Assembly: GCA_964016885.1 (NCBI GenBank)
Contig: OZ024743.1
Location: 140,988,001 to 141,052,000 of the forward strand
Direction of reading: 5' to 3'
Length of the DNA stretch: 64,000 nucleotides
DNA from: Eledone cirrhosa
Lineage: Eukaryota
In this document: positions 23,101-34,120 of the stretch, in pieces
How positions within the stretch are numbered: position 1 is the stretch's first letter
How the letters are laid out: each line of letters begins with the position of its first letter
Made by a program: the position numbers and the translations under genes
Notes under the pieces: model-generated
What the model saw: only the letters and a program-made list of their open reading frames with translations
Told to the model about the DNA's origin: nothing
Database searches by the model: none

Positions 23101-26100
23101 GTGCTTGGTGTTTGGTGTTTGGTGTTTGGTGCTTGGTGTCTGGTGCTTGGTGTTTGGTGCTTGGTGTTTGGTGTTTGGTGCTTGGTGTTTGGTGTTTGGT
23201 GTTTGGTGCTTGGTGCTTGGTGTTTGGTGTTTGGTGTTTGGTGCTTGGTGTCTGGTGCTTGGTGTTTGGTGTTTGGTGATTGGTGTTTGGTGTTTGGTGT
23301 TTGGTGCTTGGTGCTTGGTGCTTGGTGTTTGGTGTTTGGTGTTTGGTGCTTGGTGCTTGGTGTTTGGTGCTTGGTGCTGAGTGGTTGGTGTTTGGTGCTT
23401 GGTGTTTGGTGCTGGGTGCTTGGTTTTTGGTCCTGGGTGCTTGGTGTTTGGTGCTTGGTGCTTGGTCTTTGGTGCTTGGTGTTTGGTGCTTGGTGCTTGG
23501 TGCTTGGTGTTTGGTGCTTGGTGCTTGGTGTTTGGTGCTTGGTGCTTAGTGTTTGGTGCTAGGTGCTTGGTGTTTGGTGCTTGGTGTTTGGTGCTTGGTG
23601 TTTGGTGTTTGGTTTTTGGTGTTTGGTGCTTGGTGCTTGGTGTTTGCTGTTTGCTGTTTGGTGTTTGTTGTTTGGTGTTTGTTGTTTGGTGTTTGCTGTT
23701 TGGTGTTTGGTGTCTGCTTTTTGGTGTTTGGTGTTTGCTGTATGTTGTTTGCTGTTTGGTGTTTGGTGTTTGGTGTTTGGTGTTTGGTGTTTGGTGTTTG
23801 GTGCTTGGTGTTTGGTGCTTGGTGCTTGGTGTTTGGTGCCTGGTGCTTGGTGCTTGATGCTTGGTGTTTGGTGTTTGGTGCTTGGTGCTTGGTGTTTCGT
23901 GATTGGTGCTTATTTTTTTGTGTTTCGTGTTTGGTTTTTGGTGCTTGGTGCTTAGTGCTTGGTCCTTGGTGTTTGGTGCTGGGTGCTTTGTGTTTGGTGC
24001 TTGGTGCTTGGTGCTTGGTGTTTGGTGTTTGCTGATTGGTGTGTGATGCTTGGTGCTTGGTGCTTGGTGTTTTGTGTTTGGTGCTTGGTGCTTGGTGTTT
24101 GGTGCTTGGTGCTTGGTGCTTGGTGTTTGTACTTGGTGCTTGGTGCTTGGTGTTTGGTTCTTGGTTCTTGGTGTTTGGTGTTATGCGTTTGGTTTTTGGT
24201 GCTTGGTGCTTGGTGTTTGGTGCTTGGTGCTTGGTGTTTGGTGCCTGGTGCTTGGTGCTTGGTGCTTGGTGTTTGGTGTTTGGTGCTTGGTGCTTGGAGT
24301 TTGGTGTTTGGTGCTTGGTGCTTGGTGCTTGGTCCTTGGTGTTTGGTGCTGGGTGCTTTGTGTTTGGTGATTGGTGCTTGGTGTTTGGTGTTTGCTGCTT
24401 GGTGTTTGATGCTTGGTGTTTTGTATTTGGTGCTTGGTGCTTGGTGTTTGGTGCTTGGTGCTTGGTGCTTGGTGTTTGGTGTTTGGTGCTTGGTGCTTGG
24501 TGTTTGGTGTTTGGTGCTTGGTGCTTGGTGTTTTGTGTTTCGTGTTTGGTTTTTGGTGCTTGGTGCTTGGTGCTTGGTCCTTGGTGTTAGGTGCTGGGTG
24601 CTTTGTGTTTGGTGCTTGGTGCTTGGTGTTTGGTGTTTGCTGCTTGGTGCTTGATGCTTGGTGTTTTGTGCTTGGTGCTTGGTGCTTGGTGTTTGTACTT
24701 GGTGCTTGGTGCTTGGTGTTTGGTTCTTGGTTCTTGGTGTTTGGTACTTGGTGCTTGGTGCTTGGTGCTTGATGTTTGGTGTTTGGTGCTTGGTGTTTGG
24801 TGCTTGGTGCTTGGTGCTTGGTGCTTGGTGCTTGGTGTTAGGTATTTGGTGCTTGGTGCTTGGTGTTTGGTGCTTGGTGTTTGGTGTTTGCTGTTTGGTG
24901 TTTGGTGTTTGCTGTTTGGTGTTTGCTGTTTGGTATTTGGTGTTTGCTGTTTGGTGTTTGGTCTTTGGTGCTTGGTGTTTGGTGCTTGGTGTTTGGTGTT
25001 TGGTGCTTGGTGCTTGGTGTTTGGTGTTTGGTGCTTGGTGCCTGGTGTTTGGTGTTTGGTGTTTGGTGCTTGGTGTCTGGTGCTTGGTGTTTGGTGCTTG
25101 GTGTTTGGTGTTTGGTGCTTGGAGCTTGGTGTTTGGTGTTTGGTGCTTGGTGTTTGGTGTTTGGTGCTTGTTGCTTGGTGCTTGATGTTTGGTGCTTGGT
25201 GCTTGGTGTTTGGTGCTGGGTGCTTGGTGCTTGTTATTTGGTTTTTGGTGCTTGGTGCTTGGTGTTTGGTGTTTGGTGTTATATGCTTGGTGTTTGATGC
25301 TTGGTGCTTGGTGCTTGGTGTTTGGTGTTTGGTGTTTGGTGCTTGGTGGTTGGTGTTTGGTGCTTGGTGCTGAGTGGTTGGTGTTTGGTGCTTGGTGTTT
25401 GGTGCTGGGTGCTTGGTGTTTGGTGCTGGGTGCTTGGTGTTTGGTGCTTGGTGCTTGGTCTTTGGTGCTTGGTGTTTGGTGCTTGGTGCTTGGTGCTTGG
25501 TGTTTGGTGCTTGGTGCTTGGTGTTTGGTGCTTGGTGCTTGGTGTTTGCTGTTTGCTGTTTGGTGTTTGTTGTTTGGTGTTTGTTGTTTGGTGTTTGCTG
25601 TTTGGTGTTTGGTGTTTGCTTTTTGGTGTTTGGTGTTTGCTGTATGTTGTTTGCTGTTTGGTATTTGGTGTTTGGTGCCTGGTGCTTGGTGCTTGGTGCT
25701 TGGTGTTTGGTGTTTGGTGCTTGGTGCTTGGTGCCTGGTGCTTGGTGCTTGGTGCTTGGTGTTTGGTGTTTGGTGCTTGGTGCTTAGTGCTTGGTGCTTG
25801 GTCCTTGGTGTTAGGTGCTGGGTGCTTTGTGTTTGGTGCTTGGTGCTTGGTGTTTGGTGTTTGCTGCTTGGTGCTTGATGCTTGGTGTTTGGTGCTTGGT
25901 GCTTGGTGCTTGGTGTTTGTACTTGGTGCTTGGTGCTTGGTGTTTGGTTCTTGGTTCTTGGTGTTTGGTGTTTGGCATTTGGTGTTTGGTGCCTGGTGCT
26001 TGGTGTTTGGTGCTTGGTGATTGGTGTTTGGTGCCTGGTGCTTGGTGCTTGGTGCTTGGTGTTTGGAGTTTGGTGTTTGGTGCTTGGTGCTTGGTGCTTG

Positions 26101-27219
26101 GTCCTTGGTGTTTGGTGCTGGGTGCTTTGTGTTTGGTGATTGGTGCTTGGTGTTTGGTGTTTGCTGCTTGGTGTTTGATGCTTGGTGCTCGGTGTTTTGT
26201 GTTTGGTGCTTGGTGCTTGGTGTTTGGTGCTTGGTGCTTGGTGCTTGGTGTTTGTACTTGGTGCTTGGTGTTTGGTGTTTGGTTCTTGGTTCTTGGTGTT
26301 TGGTACTTGGTGCTTCGTGCTTGGTGCTTGGTGTTAGGTATTTGGTGCTTGGTGCTTCGTGTTTGGTGCTTGGTGTTTGGTGTTTGCTGTTTGGAGTTTG
26401 GTGTTTGGTGTTTGGTTTTGCTGTCTGGTGTCTGCTTTTTGGTGTTTAGTGTTTGCTGTATGGTGTTTGCTGTTTCGTGTTTGGTGTTTGCTGTTTGGTG
26501 TTTGGTCTTTGGTGCTTGGTGTTTGGTGCTTGGTGTTTGGTGTTTGGTGCTTGCTGCTTGGTGTTTGGTGTTTGGTGCTTGGTGCTTGGTGTTTGGTGTT
26601 TAGTGTTTGGTGCTTGGTGTCTGGTGCTTGGTGTTTGGTGTTTGGTGCTTGGTGTTTGGTGTTTGGTGATTGGTGCTTGGTGTTTGGTGTTTGCTGCTTG
26701 GTGTTTGATGCTTGGTGCTTGGTGTTTTGTGTTTGGTGCTTGGTGCTTGGTGTTTGGTGCTTGGTTCTTGGTGCTTGGTGTTTGTACTTGGTGCTTGGTG
26801 CTTGGTGTTTGGTTCTTGGTTCTTGGTGTTTGGTACTTGGTGCTTGGTGTTTGGTGTTTGCTGTTTGGTGTTTGGTGTTTGGTGTTTGGTGTTTGCTGTT
26901 TGGTGTCTGCTTTTTGGTGTTTAGTGTTTGCTGTATGGTGTTTGGTGTTTGCTGTTTGGTGTTTGGTCTTTGGTGCTTGGTGTTTGGTGCTCGGTGCTTG
27001 GTGTTTGGTATTCGGTGCTTGCTGCTTGGTGTTTGGTGCTTGGTGTTTGGTGTTTGGTGTTTGGTGCTTGGTGTCTGGTGCTTGGTGTTTGGTGCTTGGT
27101 GTTTGGTGTTTGGTGCTTGGTGTTTGGTGTTTGGTGTTTGGTGCTTGGTGCTTGGTGTTTGGTGTTTGGTGTTTGGTGCTTGGTGTCTGGTGCTTGGTGT
27201 TTGGTCTTTGGTGCTTGGT

Positions 27220-27860
27220 GTTTGGTGTTTGGTGTTTGTTGCTTGGTGCTTGGTGCTTGGTGTTTGGTGTTTGGTGTTTGGTGCTTGGTGCTTGGTGTTT
27301 GGTGCTTGGTGCTGAGTGGTTGGTGTTTGGTGCTTGGTGTTTGGTGCTGGGTGCTTGGTTTTTGGTCCTGGGTGCTTGGTGTTTGGTGCTTGGTGCTTGG
27401 TGCTTGGTGTTTGGTGCTTGGTGCTTGGTGTTTGGTGCTTGGTGCTTAGTGTTTGGTGCTAGGTGCTTGGTGTTTGGTGCTTGGTGTTTGGTGCTTGGTG
27501 CTTGGTGTTTGGTGTTTGGTGTTTGGTGCTTGGTGTTTGGTGCTTGGTGCTTGGTGTTTGGTGTTTGGTGCTTGGTGCTTGGTGCTTGGTGTTTGGTGTT
27601 TGGTGTTTGGTGCTTGGTGCTTGGTGTTTGGTGCTTGGTGCTGAGTGGTTGGTGTTTGGTGCTTGGTGTTTGGTGCTGGGTGCTTGGTTTTTGGTCCTGG
27701 GTGCTTGGTGTTTGGTGCTTGGTGCTTGGTGCTTGGTGTTTGGTGCTTGGTGCTTGGTGTTTGGTGCTTGGTGCTTAGTGTTTGGTGCTAGGTGCTTGGT
27801 GTTTGGTGCTTGGTGTTTGGTGCTTGGTGCTTGGTGTTTGGTGTTTGGTGTTTGGTGCTT
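27220..27860 (+). repeat. Local tandem duplication, 329 bp (47 monomers)
   Basis: The marker series GCTGAGTGGTT...GGTCCTGGG...CTTAGTG...GCTAGG occurs twice (27311 and 27640). ORFs 27453/27782 and 27463/27792 are offset by 329. The same doublet recurs at 36811/37140 and, with a 280-bp offset, at 41093/41373. Confidence 0.85.
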
Positions 27861-30800
27861 GGTGCTTGGTGTTTGCTGTTTGCTGTTTGGTGTTTGTTGT
27901 TTGGTGTTTGTTGTTTGGTGTTTGCTGTTTGGTGTTTGGTGTTTGCTATTTGGTGTTTGGTGTTTGCTGTATGTTGTTTGCTGTTTGGTGTTTGGTGTTT
28001 GGTGTTTGGTGTTTGGTGTTTGGTGTTTGGTGCTTGGTGTTTGGTGCTTGGTGCTTGGTGTTTGGTGCCTGGTGCTTGGTGCTTGATGCTTGGTGTTTGG
28101 TTTTTGGTGCTTGGTGCTTGGTGCTTGGTCCTTGGTGTTTGGTGCTGGGTGCTTTGTGTTTGGTGCTTGGTGCTTGGTGCTTGGTGTTTGGTGTTTGCTG
28201 CTTGGTGTTTGATGCTTGGTGCTTGGTGCTTGGTGTTTTGTGTTTGGTGCTTGGTGCTTGGTGTTTGGTGCTTGGTGCTTGGTGCTTGGTGTTTGTACTT
28301 GGTGCTTGGTGCTTGGTGTTTGGTTCTTGGTTCTTGGTGTTTGGTGTTTTGCGTTTGGTGTTTGGTGCTTGGTGTTTGGTGCTTGGTGCTTGGTGTTTGG
28401 TGCCTGGTGCTTGGTGCTTGGTGCTTGGTGTTTGGTGTTTGGTGCTTGGTGCTTGGAGTTTGGTGTTTGGTGCTTGGTGCTTGGTGCTTGGTCCTTGGTG
28501 TTTGGTGCAGGGTGCTTTGTGTTTGGTGATTGGTGCTTGGTGTTTGGTGTTTGCTGCTTGGTGCTTGGTGCTTGGTGTTTCTACTTGGTGCTTGGTGCTT
28601 GGTGTTTGGTTCTTGGTTCTTGGTGTTTGGTACTTGGTGCTTGGTGCTTGGTGCTTGATGTTTGGTGTTTGGTGCTTGGTGTTTGGTGCTTGGTGGTTGG
28701 TGCTTGGTGCTTGGTGCTTGGTGTTAGGTATTTGGTGCTTGGTGCTTGGTGTTTGGTGCTTGGTGTTTGGTGTTTGCTGTTTGGTGTTTGGTGTTTGCTG
28801 TTTGGTGTTTGCTGTTTGGTGTTTGGTGTTTGCTGTTTGGTGTTTGGTCTTTGGTGCTTGGTGTTTGGTGCTTGGTGTTTGGTGTTTGGTGCTTGGTGCT
28901 AGGTGCTTGGTGTTTGGTGCTTGGTGCTTGGTGTTTTGTGTTTCGTGTTTGGTTTTTGGTGCTTGGTGCTTGGTGCTTGGTCCTTGGTGTTAGGTGCTGG
29001 GTGCTTTGTGTTTGGTGCTTGGTGCTTGGTGTTTGGTGTTTGCTGCTTGGTGCTTGATGCTTGGTGTTTGGTGCTTGGTGCTTGGTGCTTGGTGTTTGTA
29101 CTTGGTGCTTAGTGCTTGGTGTTTGGTTCTTGGTTCTTGGTGTTTGGTGCTTGGCATTTGGTGTTTGGTGCTTGGTGCTTGGTGTTTGGTGCTTGGTGCT
29201 TGGTGTTTGGTGCCTGGTGCTTGGTGCTTGGTGCTTGGTGTTTGGAGTTTGGTGTTTGGTGCTTGGTGCTTGGTGCTTGGTCCTTGGTGTTTGGTGCTGG
29301 GTGCTTTGTGTTTGGTGATTGGTGCTTGGTGTTTGGTGTTTGCTGCTTGGTGTTTGATGCTTGGTGCTTGGTGTTTTGTGTTTGGTGCTTGGTGCTTGGT
29401 GTTTGGTGCTTGGTGCTTGGTGCTTGGTGTTTGTACTTGGTGCTTGGTGTTTGGTGTTTGGTTCTTGGTTCTTGGTGTTTGGTACTTGGTGCTTGGTGCT
29501 TGGTGCTTGGTGTTAGGTATTTGGTGCTTGGTGTTAGGTGTTTGGTGCTTGGTGCTTGGTGTTTGGTGTTTGGTGCTTGGTGTTTGGTGTTTGGTTGTTG
29601 GTGTTTGGTGCTTGGAACTTGGTGCTTGGTGCTTGGTGTTAGGTGTTTGGTGCTTGGTGCTTGGTGTCTGGTTTTTGGTGCTTGGTGCTTGGTGTTTGGT
29701 GTTTGGTGCTTGCTGCTGGTTGCTTGGTGTTTGGTGCTTGATGATTGGTGCTTGGTGTTTGGGGCTTGGTGTTTGGTGTTTGGTGCTAGGTGCTTGGTGT
29801 TTGGTGCTTGGTGCTTGGTGTTTGTACTTGGTGCTTGGTGCTTGGTTCTTTGTGTTTGGTGCTTGGTGCTTGGTGTTTGGTGCTTGGTGCTTGGTGTTTG
29901 GTGCTTGGTGCTTGGTGCTTGGTGTTTGGTGCTTGGTGTTAGGTGTTTGGTGCTTGGTGCTTGGTGTTTGGTGTTTGGTGCTTGGTGCTTGGTGTTTGGT
30001 GTTTGGTGCTTGGTGTTTGGTGTTTGGTGTTATATGCTTGGTGTTTGATGCTTGGTGCTTGGTGCTTGGTGTTTGGTGCTTGGTGTTTGATGCTTGGTGC
30101 TTGGTGCTTGGTGTTTGGTGCTTGGTGCTTGGTGTTTGTACTTGGTGCTTGGTGCTTGGTTCTTGGTGTTTGGTGCTTGGTGCTTGGTGTTTGGTGCTTG
30201 GTGCTTGGTGTTTGGTGCTTGGTGTTTGGTGCTTGGTGTTTGGTGCTTGGTGCTTGGTGCTTGGTGCTTGGTGTTTGGTGCTTGGTGTTTGGTGCTTGGT
30301 GTTAGGTGTTTGGTGCTTGGTGTTTGGTGTTTGGTTTTTGGTGCTTGGTGCTTGGTGTTTGGTGCTTGCTGCTGGCTGCTTAGTGTTTGATGCTTGGTGA
30401 TTGGTGCTTGGTGTTTGGTGCTTGGTGTTTGGTGTTTGGTGCTAGGTGCTTGGTGTTTGGTGCTTGGTGCTTGGTGCTTGGTGTTTGGTGCTTGGTGCTT
30501 GGTCTTTGGTGCTTGGTGTTTGGTGTTTGGTGCTTGGTGCTTGGTGCTTGGTGTTTGGTGCTTGGTGCTTGGTGTTTGGTGCTTGGTGCTTAGTGTTTGG
30601 TGCTTGGTGCTTAGTGTTTGGTGCTAGGTGCTTGGTGTTTGGTGCTTGGGGCTTGGTGTTTGGTGCCTGGTGCTTGGTGTTTGGTGCTTGGTGCTTGGTG
30701 TTTGGTGTTTGCTGTTTGCTGTTTGGTGTTTGTTGTTTGGTGTTTGTTGTTTGGTGTTTGCTGTTTGGTGTTTGGTGTTTGCTTTTTGGTGTTTGGTGTT

Positions 30801-31479
30801 TGCTGTATGTTGTTTGCTGTTTGGTGTTTGGTGTTTGGTCTTTGGTGCTTGGTGCTTGGTGCTTGGTGTTTGGTGCTTGGTGCTTGGTGTTTCGTGCCTG
30901 GTGCTTGGTGCTTGGTGCTTGGTGTTTGGTGTTTGGTGCTTGGTGCTTGGTGCTTGGAGTTTGGTGTTTGGTGCTTGGTGCTTGGTGTTTTGTGTTTCGT
31001 GTTTGGTTTTTGGTGCTTGGTGCTTGGTGCTTGGTCCTTGGTGTTTGGTGCTGGGTGCTTTGTGTTTGGTGCTTGGTGCTTGGTGCTTGGTGCTTGGTGC
31101 TTGGTGTTTGTACTTGATGCTTGGTGCTTGGTGTTTGGTTCTTGGTTCTTGGTGTTTGGTACTTGGTGCTTGGTGTTTGGTGTTTGCTGTTTGGTGTTTG
31201 GTGTTTGGTGTTTGGTGTTTGCTGTTTGGTGTCTGCTTTTTGGTGTTTAGTGTTTGCTGTATGGTGTTTGGTGTTTGCTGTTTGGTGTTTGGTCTTTGGT
31301 GCTTGGTGTTTGATGCTCGGTGCTTGGTGTTTGGTATTCGGTGCTTGGTGCTTGGTGTTTGGTGCTTGGTGTTTGGTGTTTGGTGTTTGGTGCTTGGTGT
31401 CTGGTGCTTGGTGTTTGGTGCTTGGTGTTTGGTGTTTGGTGCTTGGTGTTTGGTGTTTGGTGTTTGGTGCTTGGTGCTT

Positions 31480-34120
31480 GGTGTTTGGTGTTTGGTGTTT
31501 GGTGCTTGGTGTCTGGTGCTTGGTGTTTGGTGTTTGGTGATTGGTGTTTGGTTTTTGGTGTTTGGTGCTTGGTGCTTGGTGCTTGGTGTTTGGTGTTTGG
31601 TGTTTGGTGCTTGGTGCTTGGTGTTTGGTGCTTGGTGCTGAGTGGTTGGTGTTTGGTGCTTGGTGTTTGGTGCTGGGTGCTTGGTTTTTGGTCCTGGGTG
31701 CTTGGTGTTTGGTGCTTGGTGCTTGGTCTTTGGTGCTTGGTGTTTGGTGCTTGGTGCTTGGTGCTTGGTGGTTGGTGCTTGGTGCTTGGTGTTTGGTGCT
31801 TGGTGCTTAGTGTTTGGTGCTAGGTGCTTGGTGTTTGGTGCTTGGTGTTTGGTGCTTGGTGCTTGGTGTTTGGTGTTTGGTGTTTGGTGCTTGGTGCTTG
31901 GTGTTTGCTGTTTGCTGTTTGGTGTTTGTTGTTTGGTGTTTGTTGTTTGGTGTTTGCTGTTTGGTGTTTGGTGTCTGCTTTTTGGTGTTTGGTGTTTGCT
32001 GTATGTTGTTTGGTGTTTGGTGTTTGGTGTTTGGTGTTTGGTGTTTGGTGTTTGGTGTTTGGTGCTTGGTGTTTGGTGCTTGGTGCTTGGTGTTTGGTGC
32101 CTGGTGCTTGGTGCTTGATACTTGGTGTTTGGTGTTTGGTGCTTGGTGCCTGGTGTTTCGTGATTGGTGCTTATTTTTTTGTGTTTCGTGTTTGGTTTTT
32201 GGTGCTTGGTGCTTGGTGCTTGGTCCTTGGTGTTTGGTGCTGGGTGCTTTGTGTTTGGTGCTTGGTGCTTGGTGCTTGGTGTTTGGTGTTTGCTGCTTGG
32301 TGTGTGATGCTTGGTGCTTGGTGCTTGGTGTTTTGTGTTTGGTGCTTGGTGCTTGGTGTTTGGTGCTTGGTGCTTGGTGCTTGGTGTTTGTACTTGGTGC
32401 TTGGTGCTTGGTGTTTGGTTCTTGGTTCTTGGTGTTTGGTGTTTTGCGTTTGGTTTTTGGTGCTTGGTGCTTGGTGTTTGGTGCTTGGTGCTTGGTGTTT
32501 GGTGCCTGGTGCTTGGTGCTTGGTGCTTGGTGTTTGGTATTTGGTGCTTGGTGCTTGGAGTTTGGTGTTTGGTGCTTGGTGCTTGGTGCTTGGTCCTTGG
32601 TGTTTGGTGCTGGGTGCTTTGTGTTTGGTGATTGGTGCTTGGTGTTTGGTGTTTGCTGCTTGGTGTTTGATGCTTGGTGTTTTGTATTTGGTGCTTGGTG
32701 CTTGGTGTTTGGTGCTTGGTGCTTGGTGCTTGGTGTTTCTACTTGGTGCTTGGTGCTTGGTGTTTGGTTCTTGGTTCTTGGTGTTTGGTACTTGGTGCTT
32801 GGTGTTTGGTGTTTGGTGTTTGGTGCTTGGTGTCTGGTGCTTGGTGTTTGGTGTTTGGTGATTGGTGTTTGGTGTTTGGTGTTTGGTGCTTGGTGCTTGG
32901 TGCTTGGTGTTTGGTGTTTGGTGTTTGGTGCTTGGTGCTTGGTGTTTGGTGCTTGGTGCTGAGTGGTTGGTGTTTGGTGCTTGGTGTTTGGTGCTGGGTG
33001 CTTGGTTTTTGGTCCTGGGTGCTTGGTGTTTGGTGCTTGGTGCTTGGTCTTTGGTGCTTGGTGTTTGGTGCTTGGTGCTTGGTGCTTGGTGGTTGGTGCT
33101 TGGTGCTTGGTGTTTGGTGCTTGGTGCTTAGTGTTTGGTGCTAGGTGCTTGGTGTTTGGTGCTTGGTGTTTGGTGCTTGGTGCTTGGTGTTTGGTGTTTG
33201 GTGTTTGGTGCTTGGTGCTTGTTGTTTGCTGTTTGCTGTTTGGTGTTTGTTGTTTGGTATTTGTTGTTTGGTGTTTGCTGTTTGGTGTTTGGTGTCTGCT
33301 TTTTGGTGTTTGGTGTTTGCTGTATGTTGTTTGGTGTTTGGTGTTTGGTGTTTGGTGTTTGGTGTTTGGTGTTTGGTGCTTGGTGTTTGGTGCTTGGTGC
33401 TTGGTGTTTGGTGCCTGGTGCTTGGTGCTTGATGCTTGGTGTTTGGTGTTTGGTGCTTGGTGCTTGGTGTTTCGTGATTGGTGCTTATTTTTTTGTGTTT
33501 CGTGTTTGGTTTTTGGTGCTTGGTGCTTGGTGCTTGGTCCTTGGTGTTTGGTGCTGGGTGCTTTGTGTTTGGTGCTTGGTGCTTGGTGCTTGGTGTTTGG
33601 TGTTTGCTGCTTGGTGTGTGATGCTTGGTGCTTGGTGCTTGGTGTTTTGTGTTTGGTGCTTGGTGCTTGGTGTTTGGTGCTTGGTGCTTGGTGCTTGGTG
33701 TTTGTACTTGGTGCTTGGTGCTTGGTGTTTGGTTCTTGGTTCTTGGTGTTTGGTGTTTTGCGTTTGGTTTTTGGTGCTTGGTGCTTGGTGTTTGGTGCTT
33801 GGTGCTTGGTGTTTGGTGCCTGGTGCTTGGTGCTTGGTGCTTGGTGTTTGGTGTTTGGTGCTTGGTGCTTGGAGTTTGGTGTTTGGTGCTTGGTGCTTGG
33901 TGCTTGGTCCTTGGTGTTTGGTGCTGGGTGCTTTGTGTTTGGTGATTGGTGCTTGGTGTTTGGTGTTTGCTGCTTGGTGTTTGATGCTTGGTGTTTTGTA
34001 TTTGGTGCTTGGTGCTTGGTGTTTGGTGCTTGGTGCTTGGTGCTTGGTGTTTCTACTTGGTGCTTGGTGCTTGGTGTTTGGTTCTTGGTTCTTGGTGTTT
34101 GGTACTTGGTGCTTGGTGTT
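31480..34120 (+). repeat. Nested tandem duplication of ~1.32 kb inside copy B
   Basis: ORF pairs are offset by 1321 (31541/32862, 31642/32963) and 1314 (32311/33625, 32674/33988). The rare marker GCTTATTTTTTTGTG occurs at ~32169 and ~33483. Confidence 0.87.
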
